Positions 10,718 through 19,616 of a DNA stretch of 46,535 nt are shown piece after piece. The notes beneath the pieces were generated by a model that was given only the letters and a program-made list of their open reading frames with translations, did not search any database and had not been told where the DNA came from. Both the position numbers and the translations under genes were made by a program. Source of the stretch: a virus (taxonomy: Duplodnaviria > Caudoviricetes); the IMG/VR virus record IMGVR_UViG_3300016476_000328, positions 1 through 46,535 of that record; one strand, given 5' to 3'. Each line of letters opens with the position of its first letter. Position 1 is the first letter of the stretch.

Positions 10718-11239
10718 ATGCCTAAGTTAGATGAAGATGATTTCGTTGAACCAACAGACTTACCACCAATCACACAGAGTAAATCTGGACCGCCACCTGC
10801 AGGTGTAGGTGGACCAAGTTTCAGTACAGGTGGATTTGGTTCACCAAGCCCAAGCTACGGCGGTGGTTACGGTGGTGGAACTACCAATATAGGTCAGCAG
10901 TTTAACGCCGCGCCTGCTATGGATAGAAATGCCGCTGCACCAAGTAATGCAGCAAGTGGCGCTGAAGTTTTGGTTGCACACGATAAGGACAGCAGTGATT
11001 GGATCAACAAAAAGTGGCGTCCTGTTATGGGTTGGGTTTATATGATGACCTGTACCATGGACTTCGTCGTGTTCCCAATTCTATGGAGTCTGTTGCAGGC
11101 GATCCAGGGCGGTCAAGTAAGCAGCCAGTGGAATCCAATTACCCTTCAGGGTGCTGGTCTGTACCACATCGCAATGGGTGCAGTTCTTGGTATCGCAGCA
11201 TACGGTCGTACTAAAGAGAAATTAGAACAGAAACAATAA
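10718..11239 (+). CDS. 3TM holin-like membrane protein (GTA-holin type)
   Basis: WINKKWRPVMGW, TM segments and LGIAAYGRTKEK ending; low-complexity N-terminus. Confidence 0.7.
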   Translation: MPKLDEDDFVEPTDLPPITQSKSGPPPAGVGGPSFSTGGFGSPSPSYGGGYGGGTTNIGQQFNAAPAMDRNAAAPSNAASGAEVLVAHDKDSSDWINKKWRPVMGWVYMMTCTMDFVVFPILWSLLQAIQGGQVSSQWNPITLQGAGLYHIAMGAVLGIAAYGRTKEKLEQKQ

Positions 11240-11247
11240 ATTATAGT

Positions 11248-11601
11248 ATGATTACAGACGAGTTCGAGCATTATTTTAGATTGTGTCTGACTAGGAAATT
11301 GGACAGTGAAGAGGCGCGAAAGTACCTCTTTGCTGTCGATGACCATGCAGACGTCATGGCCGACGATGAGGATGTGGTCATGGTTTATCATCTTGACGAT
11401 GATGACAATAACATGCATTGCTATGATGTTCGACTCGCCAAAGATGTTTCTGCAGAACAGGGCGACGAAATTCTAAGAGTGCTACAAGATCTGTTCCCCA
11501 ATGACGACTTTGAATGCGAAAGCAGCATGGATACAGTCAATGAACAGCAGTATCTTAATAAAGCTGTCATGGAACAGCTTCAACAAAAACTGACCCAATA
11601 A
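11248..11601 (+). CDS. acidic hypothetical protein
   Basis: 117-aa ORF coupled to the next gene. Confidence 0.7.
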   Translation: MITDEFEHYFRLCLTRKLDSEEARKYLFAVDDHADVMADDEDVVMVYHLDDDDNNMHCYDVRLAKDVSAEQGDEILRVLQDLFPNDDFECESSMDTVNEQQYLNKAVMEQLQQKLTQ

Positions 11602-11972
11602 TGTTCACGCTGTCTACAACAGTAGCCTTTTCCAGAAAACAAATTGAAGAATTCGGTCGCGTAACAGGCGACGATGGACCGGTCCATACCGTCGATGGGA
11701 TCGTACAGGGTGGGCTAATCATTAGCTCGTTACCAAAAATATTCACAGAGATTCTGGATAGAGATGGATTGAACGAAGGTTATACGTATAGCGTTAGCAT
11801 GATCATGAACGCAAAGTTCAGAAAAAAGTTGCCCGCAGACACAACCGTTTCGGTAGATTTCTCTTACCAAGACCCAAAATCAAAAATATCCAAGCTGACC
11901 TGGCGTGTCTACCGCGAAACCACCGAATATTGCAGTGGTAACTGGGTCATATACAAAGCCAGACCCCAATAA
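11601..11972 (+). CDS. MaoC/PhaJ-like hot-dog fold dehydratase
   Basis: FGRVTGDDGPVH...IVQG resembles the hydratase motif F..SGD.NP.H; KFRKKL resembles .F..PV. Confidence 0.65.
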   Translation: MFTLSTTVAFSRKQIEEFGRVTGDDGPVHTVDGIVQGGLIISSLPKIFTEILDRDGLNEGYTYSVSMIMNAKFRKKLPADTTVSVDFSYQDPKSKISKLTWRVYRETTEYCSGNWVIYKARPQ

Positions 11973-11979
11973 AATAAAT

Positions 11980-12008
11980 TTGACTAATTTTGAATATTAG
12001 TGTATAAT
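11980..12008 (+). promoter_or_regulatory. sigma70-type promoter for uvsE
   Basis: TTGACT-17 nt-TATAAT ending 6 nt before the ATG. Confidence 0.8.
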
Positions 12009-12014
12009 TGATGC

Positions 12015-13037
12015 ATGACCGCTAATATCAAACGAATTGGTTTTGCCTGTAAATGGATTGATCGTCCAGATCAGGTGAATGGCATCAAACCCAAAGATGA
12101 GTGCAAGCAATACAATACAGGCACAACCACAGTCGCCTGGCTCGCTCGTCAATCCAAGGCTAAAGCAGAGGAAAAACTTTGGGATCTTATGAAACAAAAC
12201 ATCGAGGCAACTCGTATGTTGGTCAGTAGAGTTGGAGATCTTGATGAACATTTACGCATGGTTCGCCTTAGCAGCGATATTCTGCCTGTTTATACTGAGC
12301 CTAGCTGGAGTTATTTTTGGCGGCAAGCTGATGTCAGAAACTATGCGGAGCGAGCGTTCGGACAAGTGGGTGATATTGCCCGTGAGCGCGGTGTCCGTCT
12401 TTCTATGCATCCTGGTCAGTTTTGCGTTCTCGCAAGTGATAGCGATGATATTGTGGATCGCAGTCTAGAGGAGTTTGAATGTCATGCGGATATGGTACGC
12501 TGGATGGGATACGGAAAGTCGTTCCAGGACTTTAAGATTAATGTACACATCGCTGGACGACGTGGGCCAGACGGCATTAGGGCGGCACATAAACGTCTCA
12601 GTGTAGAAGCACGGAACACAATTACAATTGAAAACGAGGAAATGAGCCATGGACTTGATACTTGTCTTGAGCTTTCTGATCTGGTGCCTATCGTTCTGGA
12701 TATTCACCACCATTGGTGTAAAACAGGCGAATACATCGACACCATGGACCCTAGGGTTAAGACTGTCATTGATAGCTGGCGTGGTGTCAGGCCTACTATT
12801 CATTACAGCGTCAGCCGTGAAGATATTCTTAGTGACCACCCTGATGATCAACTCCCAGATCTCGAGGGACTGCTCAGTCGAGGACATAAGAAGCAAAAGC
12901 TACGTGCACACAGTGACTTTTACTGGAACAAAACTGTAAACGAATGGGCTCTTACTCATAGTGAGTGGGCAGATATCATGTGCGAGTCCAAAGGTAAGAA
13001 CATTGCTAGCTTTAAACTGGCAGAAATGTTAAAATGA
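12015..13037 (+). CDS. uvsE: UV DNA damage endonuclease
   Basis: RIGFAC, RLSSDILP, RLSMHPGQF, TIENEE, LDIHHH, HYS, AHSD, DIMCESK motifs. Confidence 0.93.
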   Translation: MTANIKRIGFACKWIDRPDQVNGIKPKDECKQYNTGTTTVAWLARQSKAKAEEKLWDLMKQNIEATRMLVSRVGDLDEHLRMVRLSSDILPVYTEPSWSYFWRQADVRNYAERAFGQVGDIARERGVRLSMHPGQFCVLASDSDDIVDRSLEEFECHADMVRWMGYGKSFQDFKINVHIAGRRGPDGIRAAHKRLSVEARNTITIENEEMSHGLDTCLELSDLVPIVLDIHHHWCKTGEYIDTMDPRVKTVIDSWRGVRPTIHYSVSREDILSDHPDDQLPDLEGLLSRGHKKQKLRAHSDFYWNKTVNEWALTHSEWADIMCESKGKNIASFKLAEMLK

Positions 13038-13180
13038 CCAAAGACGAAATTTCTAGGGTCGTGGACGAAATGATAGAAATGTTCGGGGACAAGTTGCCCG
13101 ACCCCGAGCACTGCCCTAAAGAATTCCAATACTTTATCAAGCTATATTTTTATGAAAAGTTTGTTAATGAATCTCACTGA
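13034..13180 (+). CDS. small hypothetical protein (48 aa, not in ORF track)
   Basis: ATGA overlap with the uvsE stop; MTKDEISRVVDEMIEMFGDKLPDPEHCPKEF... Confidence 0.6.
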   Translation: MTKDEISRVVDEMIEMFGDKLPDPEHCPKEFQYFIKLYFYEKFVNESH

Positions 13181-13763
13181 AATATTCGGGGGTCCTTTTG
13201 TGGTGCAACAGCCCAAAATACCCACAACGTTGAGTAACATTGTTCAGACAATTTACCAGCAGAGTACGGAAAAGTCCGGACCCTGGATTGTTGGTGGCAT
13301 GGGCAGGCAGATTGCGCTGGGAGAAACTAGCTTCAACGATATTGATGTCTGGTTTCGAAACCCAGAACAATACGACATGATCTACAAAAGGCTAAAAGAT
13401 ACATTTGGCTATGAAATGTCGGAAAAGTTTTCCAGTGACAATGCCATGACCTACAAAATTGGCGATTACACTGTACAGCTTATTAAACGCAAGTGGTACA
13501 ATAGCCTACAAGCCGTGTTTGATGACTTTGATTTTACCTGCTGCCAGGTAGCAGTAGATGACAATCTAACAGCGTATGGTCCCGGACTAGAGGACGCCAA
13601 GAACTACGTACTAAAAGTAAACAGACTTGATGAAAAAGCGTTCCTAGCACGTTATGCAAAATATGTAGGCTATGGCTATGTCATGGACCCTGATGATTTT
13701 ATGCGAATCATCGAAAATCAACCACTAAACTATGAATTCGATGGTAGTGTTCTCGGATACTGA
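13152..13763 (+). CDS. nucleotidyltransferase, poly(A) polymerase/CCA-head-like
   Basis: WIVGGMGR...NDIDVWF and FDFTCCQVA motifs of class II Pol-beta NTase head; start could be 13167. Confidence 0.75.
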   Translation: MKSLLMNLTEIFGGPFVVQQPKIPTTLSNIVQTIYQQSTEKSGPWIVGGMGRQIALGETSFNDIDVWFRNPEQYDMIYKRLKDTFGYEMSEKFSSDNAMTYKIGDYTVQLIKRKWYNSLQAVFDDFDFTCCQVAVDDNLTAYGPGLEDAKNYVLKVNRLDEKAFLARYAKYVGYGYVMDPDDFMRIIENQPLNYEFDGSVLGY

Positions 13764-14127
13764 AATTGGCGAAGCCAAACTGCTGAGTATGCTCAGCGGT
13801 AGACCCGCAAAGATCAGCGGGGATGTATTTGCCTGGAACGGGCACCTTATAGACAGGGCCACGGCAGTTGTTGCTCTACTCAAAATCAACAACCAAGTGC
13901 CTGTAAGCGATGGCGTTAAACTACGGCTCAAGGAAAACTATGAGCGCAAGTTTGCTGGTTACAAGTTATCGGAAGATTTCGCCGATATTAACGACGACAA
14001 TCCACTAACTTCAGCACGTATTTGGTTTAGTCTTGTTTGCAACAATATACGAGTCGCATCCAAGGATAAAGCACAACTAAAGCCGGAAGAAGTCAAAAGT
14101 ATTTTGATCGAACTTCATAGAAATTAG
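13732..14127 (+). CDS. hypothetical protein
   Basis: 131-aa ORF filling the gap between genes. Confidence 0.65.
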   Translation: MNSMVVFSDTEIGEAKLLSMLSGRPAKISGDVFAWNGHLIDRATAVVALLKINNQVPVSDGVKLRLKENYERKFAGYKLSEDFADINDDNPLTSARIWFSLVCNNIRVASKDKAQLKPEEVKSILIELHRN

Positions 14128-14146
14128 TGACCAAACACTAGAAAAA

Positions 14147-14178
14147 ATGTTGCGCTGCAACATAAATAATGTTATAAT
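14147..14178 (+). promoter_or_regulatory. sigma70-type promoter overlapped by a PhaR-like operator
   Basis: Perfect inverted repeat ATGTTGC-GCT-GCAACAT (14147-14163) covering TTGCGC-17 nt-TATAAT. Confidence 0.65.
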
Positions 14179-14265
14179 AGGAATACAAGATAGGCACTAG
14201 TCGATCTTACTAACACAGTGCCCAATAGGGGCTGTGAATCAAACTTGCTTTTAAAGGAGAAAATT

Positions 14266-14475
14266 ATGTTTGACTACGTTATTGATTATGTTCAGAACTC
14301 TAAGAAGACTGCTACTAACAGTCTAGTAAAGAACGAGGCAGTTCGTGATGCTTTCATTGGCTTCATCGACGCACAGACAGCATTCGCTAAGGCTGCACTT
14401 AAGACAGCTGAAACTCTAGGCAAGCAATTTAATGTTGCTGATCTGACCAAGCAATTCGGCGCTTACGGTAAGTAA
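14266..14475 (+). CDS. small helical phasin-like protein
   Basis: AAGGAGA RBS; Ala/Lys-rich amphipathic 69 aa; upstream TGC-N3-GCA palindrome. Confidence 0.5.
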   Translation: MFDYVIDYVQNSKKTATNSLVKNEAVRDAFIGFIDAQTAFAKAALKTAETLGKQFNVADLTKQFGAYGK

Positions 14476-14496
14476 TTAGTTAAGCCGACACTTACG

Positions 14497-14529
14497 ATCC
14501 TCGCTAAATAACACTAGCGAGGATTTTTC
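14497..14529 (+). terminator. hairpin/terminator containing the late-promoter motif and the downstream RBS
   Basis: ATCCTCGCTA-AATAACAC-TAGCGAGGAT then TTTTC; TAAATA at 14505; GAGGA in the 3' arm. Confidence 0.65.
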
Positions 14530-14531
14530 AC

Positions 14532-15521
14532 ATGCGTCTTGACGAATTAGAAACACCACAGATTGGCGACATCTTAGAATTAGAAATTAACGACGAAATC
14601 GTTGAAACTGTCATTGTAGGAATGACGGTGGAAGGCGATTATGTTGTTGAAACAGACAATGCTCAGGGACATACACTTTTAGAAGCAACTTACGGTCAGT
14701 GGAGGCGCATGGATGCCTACGATCGCGACTATGCACACAGCATTGCAGGCATGGATGGTCGTAGAAGCAGGGAAGATGACGAGCATCACGAAATAGATCG
14801 TAGAATTGCACAGCAACAGGCAGACTACGTACAACACGGCAAGTGGTGGCTGAAGTATAAGGACAGCCAAAAGCACGTTAGCGATCAGTCATATGTCGGT
14901 AAGGCTGCTGCAAACGCTGCCGCTCTAGAACTATTAAGACAACGTCCAGAACTAAAGGGCAACCTATTGCTTACAGCGACAGGTCCTATGGGCGAATCCA
15001 TTGATAACTCTGAAAAGAAAGCAATTAAGGGCATGCGCGAGCTACCTGGTGACCAATACATTGGCCTATACAAGTTTGGAAAAAACATTGCGGGTCACGA
15101 CGGTGAAAAACAAACCGCACCAGAAGTTGACAATGAAATCAGAGACAAGGGCTTCTCTTATGCATACACTGACGTAGAAGCCGATATGATTGATGGTGCC
15201 AGCGGTGGCAAGGCCAGGAACGTTACCTCAGACGAAAGCGAAGAGGACGATGATGTCAATACAAAGAGTCCGCTAGGCGAAGCAGAGTACAACGGCAAAA
15301 AAGTAAAGTTGGGCAAGCCAAGTCAGGGTGACGTAAAGAAATTCAAAGTGTTTGTACGTAATCCTGAAACAGGTCGCATAATCAAGGTAAACTTTGGTGA
15401 TCCAGATATGCGTATCCGCAAGAGCAACCCAAAGGCACGCAAGAGCTTTAGAGCAAGACACAATTGCAAAAACCCTGGACCACGCACTAAAGCACGTTAC
15501 TGGTCCTGCAGGAAATGGTAA
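14532..15521 (+). CDS. modular probable head-associated protein with basic C-terminal domain (DUF6321-like)
   Basis: MRLDELE leader; C-terminal KVNFGDP...RKSFRARHNC...ARYWSCRKW module recalled from T4-like phages. Confidence 0.65.
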   Translation: MRLDELETPQIGDILELEINDEIVETVIVGMTVEGDYVVETDNAQGHTLLEATYGQWRRMDAYDRDYAHSIAGMDGRRSREDDEHHEIDRRIAQQQADYVQHGKWWLKYKDSQKHVSDQSYVGKAAANAAALELLRQRPELKGNLLLTATGPMGESIDNSEKKAIKGMRELPGDQYIGLYKFGKNIAGHDGEKQTAPEVDNEIRDKGFSYAYTDVEADMIDGASGGKARNVTSDESEEDDDVNTKSPLGEAEYNGKKVKLGKPSQGDVKKFKVFVRNPETGRIIKVNFGDPDMRIRKSNPKARKSFRARHNCKNPGPRTKARYWSCRKW

Positions 15522-15550
15522 ATAGTAGTAGTTAATTACAAGGACTAACT

Positions 15551-15994
15551 ATGAAAAAACTACTTGCTATTTTGGCACTTTCTATATGCGCCGTTGCTGG
15601 CGCACAGGCACCCAAGCAAAAACCAGGCGTTGTTTACGATTGGAAAATCAACCGCGTAGTAGACGGCGACACCGTTGAGGTCGCTACACCCTGGACCCCG
15701 GATCCACTTCCAAAGAAGATGAGTATTCGTGTGTTTGGTGTCGACACTCCTGAAAAGGGTTTCCGTGCCAAGTGCCCACAAGAAGATCAGCGTGGTCAAG
15801 CTGCAACAGCATTCACTAAGAAGGTAATCACTGAAAGTCGTGTGGCTCAGATCATGATCATGGACTGGGACAAATACGGCGGTCGCATGCTAGGCGATGT
15901 TATACTTGACGGTAAAAGCCTACGTGAAATGTTGATCGCCAATGGCTTTGCTAGGGAGTATTATGGCGAAGCAAAGACCAGCTGGTGTAACTAA
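15551..15994 (+). CDS. thermonuclease (SNase-like) with signal peptide
   Basis: RVVDGDT, IRVFGVDTPE, DKYGGR.LG and L.ANGFA motifs. Confidence 0.92.
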   Translation: MKKLLAILALSICAVAGAQAPKQKPGVVYDWKINRVVDGDTVEVATPWTPDPLPKKMSIRVFGVDTPEKGFRAKCPQEDQRGQAATAFTKKVITESRVAQIMIMDWDKYGGRMLGDVILDGKSLREMLIANGFAREYYGEAKTSWCN

Positions 15995-16133
15995 AAGAGA
16001 CCTACCCTGGTGGTTTGAAATCTACCATACTGCATGGATATTATCATTCGGTGCAGTGTGGTATTTCTTTGGTTTTGGACTAGTATTCTTATACATGATG
16101 CTGGTGGCATTCCTTTTTGTTTGGCTCGGCTAG
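15963..16133 (+). CDS. small membrane protein
   Basis: Very hydrophobic ORF filling the gap; start uncertain. Confidence 0.45.
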   Translation: MAKQRPAGVTKRDLPWWFEIYHTAWILSFGAVWYFFGFGLVFLYMMLVAFLFVWLG

Positions 16134-16145
16134 TTAAATAGCTAG

Positions 16146-16721
16146 ATGTTACCAAATAGAATTTTCTTCACAGGAGTACCGGGTAGTAGATGGAGTGGCA
16201 TAGCTCAAATCATAGAAACTATCCCTGGGTTCAACACATCAGATAGAACATATGAGCGATCTTATTCTCACTCAAAGTTTAGTGGGCATAAGGGCGCATA
16301 CTTTGGTAGGCTCATGGAGTTTGATGCCCGTCTAGATGCAGAGTACCTAGATCAAGCATGGTCTAAACCCGAAGGCTGCAAGCTAATCAAAAGTCACGAT
16401 TGGGCTTACAGTTTACATAGAATTAAACAAACATTCCCCAAGGACTGGATCATGCTGATACATAGACCAGACGAAGCCAGTTTTAATTGGTGGAAAGATG
16501 CGGGTGGGTTTAATATACATTACCCCAGTTACACGGCCTACATCAACGACGACATAATGAAAAGAGAAATAACCTGGCAGAATCAAGCTATACTTAGATT
16601 TGCCGAGGAACATAAGCTAGAATGGCGCCGTCTTGATTCAGTCTGGATTAAGGACGTATTTGGTCATCAACTAGACGACGTTGCGGTAGCAGACGACATT
16701 AGAGTCACTATATTAAAATGA
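16146..16721 (+). CDS. P-loop/sulfotransferase-like protein
   Basis: IFFTGVPGSRWS N-terminal loop and IKSH motif resemble the sulfotransferase fold. Confidence 0.5.
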   Translation: MLPNRIFFTGVPGSRWSGIAQIIETIPGFNTSDRTYERSYSHSKFSGHKGAYFGRLMEFDARLDAEYLDQAWSKPEGCKLIKSHDWAYSLHRIKQTFPKDWIMLIHRPDEASFNWWKDAGGFNIHYPSYTAYINDDIMKREITWQNQAILRFAEEHKLEWRRLDSVWIKDVFGHQLDDVAVADDIRVTILK

Positions 16722-16945
16722 GAGATCACGTCTGGTATATTAAGTACGCCAGTGCCATCGTTATTTTGTGCGCCATGGTGCTGCATGTACTTGGTATAAC
16801 ACCATGGAACAGTATACTACAGATGATCGGTGCCAGTGGTTGGATTTATGTGGGCTACCGCTGGAAGGAAAGAGCCCTGATGTTGAACTTTATACCGCAG
16901 TTCTTTATCATTATACCAGGGCTCGTCTACCTATACTTCAGATAA
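16718..16945 (+). CDS. small 3-TM membrane protein
   Basis: 75-aa hydrophobic ORF with GW.YVG..WKERAL..LN. Confidence 0.75.
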   Translation: MRDHVWYIKYASAIVILCAMVLHVLGITPWNSILQMIGASGWIYVGYRWKERALMLNFIPQFFIIIPGLVYLYFR

Positions 16946-17680
16946 TTATAGCTTTTCGTAGACAAAGTATAGTCTACTATTTGCGTCCTTCTTGAATTCC
17001 AGCAATTTTAAATTGTATTTTTCTGCGAATTCATTTACTACCTCAAAACTCCAAGGGAAGATATCAACATAAGGTCCTGTTTTGTGCGGGATACCTGGGT
17101 TAGCTCGTAGATAAAATCTACCACCTTTCTTAAGTAAGTTGACACAGGCTGCAAAACGCTTCTCCATATAGTCTTTGCTATTGAAGTTAATGCTACCCAG
17201 AGCAATGATAACATCGTGACTTTCTGGCTTGACTTTGTAATCCAAAATATCAACCATGTAGTCGGCGCAGTTATTGTATGGATCTATACCAACGATATTT
17301 TGTATGCGTCCTTTAAAAGGATGATATCCGCAGCCAACATCTAACACACTACCAGGATTGAGTTTGTTTACTTCATCAGCGAGCTGCCAGCCAGTGTAAT
17401 CATAGTCATTTGTGCGTGGTTGCCATACCTCACCAAAAAACCTATTGATATAACGCTCACTCAGGTCCTCTACTATGTCTCCCAATTTGCCCACATAGTC
17501 ACAGTCGAGACATAACTCTGCCTCAATGGCATCTTTGAATTTTCTATAGCGAGCAGGTGTCCAGGGCAGCTGATCCACCACAATGTTCTCATCGATGCTG
17601 TCGTAAATTTTCTTATACTTAGGTAAATTAAAGGCAATCTCTAAATTTTTTTTAATAAGGGCAAAAATTTTTGTGTTCAT
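16946..17680 (-). CDS. class I SAM-dependent methyltransferase with extra N-terminal domain
   Basis: VLDVGCG, VGIDP and DVIIALGSINF motifs; the only convincing minus-strand gene. Confidence 0.85.
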   Translation of the reverse strand: MNTKIFALIKKNLEIAFNLPKYKKIYDSIDENIVVDQLPWTPARYRKFKDAIEAELCLDCDYVGKLGDIVEDLSERYINRFFGEVWQPRTNDYDYTGWQLADEVNKLNPGSVLDVGCGYHPFKGRIQNIVGIDPYNNCADYMVDILDYKVKPESHDVIIALGSINFNSKDYMEKRFAACVNLLKKGGRFYLRANPGIPHKTGPYVDIFPWSFEVVNEFAEKYNLKLLEFKKDANSRLYFVYEKL

Positions 17681-17700
17681 AGTAAAATTTTGAGTTTCTG

Positions 17701-17708
17701 TATAAATA
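17701..17708 (+). promoter_or_regulatory. T4-type late promoter consensus TATAAATA
   Basis: Exact TATAAATA in the intergenic gap upstream of the TctC gene; core TAAATA recurs in 13 gaps. Confidence 0.5.
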
Positions 17709-17750
17709 TTCGGAAGGTAGGAAACTTCTTAATTTACTTATACACAAAAC

Positions 17751-18719
17751 ATGAAAAAAATTCTTCTAGCGTTGCTATTTGCGCCACTTATGGCATGGGC
17801 ATGGCAACCAACTAAACCAGTTACCGTAGTAATTGGATTTCAGCCTGGCTCTGGAAATGAAGTGGGCTTTAGGGCACTAGCTGCACAAGTGCAAAAAGCA
17901 AACCCAGATGCAAACTTTATTATCGAATTGAAACCAGGTGCTGACTCTGTGCTGGCGAGCAATGTTCTTTTTGAAGCTAAACCAGACGGCTACACAATTA
18001 GCGTACCAAGCTACATGGGCACATTCGTCACCAACGATATCTGGCAAAAGGATATTAAGAAGTGGCAGCACAACAGTTTTACACACGTTATGGGTATGGG
18101 CAAAAGCCCAATGGCTATCGTAGCAAATCCAAAATCCAGCGTCAACACTCCTGCAGAATTGAATGCACTATTACGTGATACAACCAAGCCAATTACATTT
18201 GCCGTTGGTGCAGGCGCACATAGAATGACATTTGAATTCATCATGGACAAGGCAAAGGGCAATAGAAAGCTGGTACAATATGCACAACATCAGGGACCAC
18301 TACAGGCAGTAACCGCAGTTGCATCTGATGCGGGTATGGAATTTGGTATTATGCCAGTTGCTATTGCAAAGCCCTTGATCGACGCAGGTAAAGTCAAACT
18401 GATTGGCATCAGTGGTGATAAAAAGGTTGCAGGACTTGATGCAGAGCCCTATAAAGTTGGTGGCAGTTACATCAATATTTTTGCAGCATGGGCATTGAGC
18501 TTACCACCTAACACACCACAAGAAATTGTCAAGTGGTATAATGATGCGTTCCTTGCAGCCATGAAAACTCCAGAAGTTCAACGCTACTACAAGGACAATT
18601 ACATCTTTGTTGAAAACTCTGAAACAAACCCAGCAGGCCTGAGCAAACACATTGAAGAACTCAGAGCTATCTGGATGCCTATTGGCGACAAGATCCTTGC
18701 CGCTGAGGGTAAAAAGTAA
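17751..18719 (+). CDS. Bug/TctC tripartite tricarboxylate transporter substrate-binding protein
   Basis: Signal peptide; P.KPVTVVIGF.PGSG, KPGA and AKPDGYT motifs; LPPNTP.EIV. Confidence 0.88.
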   Translation: MKKILLALLFAPLMAWAWQPTKPVTVVIGFQPGSGNEVGFRALAAQVQKANPDANFIIELKPGADSVLASNVLFEAKPDGYTISVPSYMGTFVTNDIWQKDIKKWQHNSFTHVMGMGKSPMAIVANPKSSVNTPAELNALLRDTTKPITFAVGAGAHRMTFEFIMDKAKGNRKLVQYAQHQGPLQAVTAVASDAGMEFGIMPVAIAKPLIDAGKVKLIGISGDKKVAGLDAEPYKVGGSYINIFAAWALSLPPNTPQEIVKWYNDAFLAAMKTPEVQRYYKDNYIFVENSETNPAGLSKHIEELRAIWMPIGDKILAAEGKK

Positions 18720-18755
18720 ACTAAGAGTCACATAATAAATAAAAGAAAGAACACA

Positions 18756-18852
18756 CCTTAGGACCGTTACTCAGTTATCTGAGCCTAAGGCGTCCGGCGG
18801 CTGCTGCCGGTGTTGCCCGGATTCGCTACCCTGAGGCACACGAAGTGAGCAT
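18756..18852 (+). ncRNA. candidate small structured RNA / cis-regulatory leader
   Basis: GC-rich island with three hairpins and a possible pseudoknot between AT-rich flanks, upstream of fpr. Confidence 0.55.
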
Positions 18853-18872
18853 TTACCATTTCAAAATACAAT

Positions 18873-19616
18873 ATGTTTACTGAGCGAGTCACATGGGTGC
18901 ATCACTGGAGCGATCGCACATTTAGTTTTAAATGCACACGTAATACCTCTTTCAGATTTCACGCAGGTGAATTTGCCATGATTGGCTTACTGCACAAAGG
19001 CAAAAAGATCCTACGTGCATACAGTGTTGTAAGTCCACCCTGGTCTGAAGAGTTAGAATTCCTAAGCATTAAAATGGCTGATGGTGAACTCACTAGTAAA
19101 TTACAACATATCGAAGTTGGCAGCGAAGTCATTATTATGCCCAAGTGCACGGGTACGCTGGTAAACAGTGCACTGGACAAGGGTGGGGATCTCTGGATGT
19201 TAGCTACAGGCACAGGTCTCGCTCCGTTCATGAGTCTAATACGTGATTTAGAAACACTGGAAACCTGGGACAAGATAAACATTGTTCACAGTGTGCGTAA
19301 TCCAGATGACCTAGCATACAATTTAGATCTACTAACAGCCTTTAAAGATCACCCTGTTGATGGCGAGTTATACGACATGGTAAATCGTGTTCTAAACTAC
19401 ATTCCAATCGTTACTGGCAATGGTGACCCTAGAATAACTACGCAATTAGAGACAGGACAGTTGCCTGTAAATCCAGAAAAAGACAAAGTAATGGTTTGTG
19501 GCAACATAGAATTTAATCACGATATTGCTGCATGGTGCCAGAGTGTGGGCATGAAAGAAGGCAGCATACGTGAGCCAGGACAATACGTTGTTGAAAGGGC
19601 ATTTGTAGAAAGATGA
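18873..19616 (+). CDS. fpr: ferredoxin/flavodoxin-NADP+ reductase
   Basis: RAYS, GELTSKL, LATGTGLAPF, VMVCG and VERAFVE motifs. Confidence 0.93.
   Translation: MFTERVTWVHHWSDRTFSFKCTRNTSFRFHAGEFAMIGLLHKGKKILRAYSVVSPPWSEELEFLSIKMADGELTSKLQHIEVGSEVIIMPKCTGTLVNSALDKGGDLWMLATGTGLAPFMSLIRDLETLETWDKINIVHSVRNPDDLAYNLDLLTAFKDHPVDGELYDMVNRVLNYIPIVTGNGDPRITTQLETGQLPVNPEKDKVMVCGNIEFNHDIAAWCQSVGMKEGSIREPGQYVVERAFVER

Noticed and set aside
18831-18846. Hammerhead ribozyme core (CTGAGG...CGAAG)
   Set aside because: Does not match the required CUGAnGA and GAAA core
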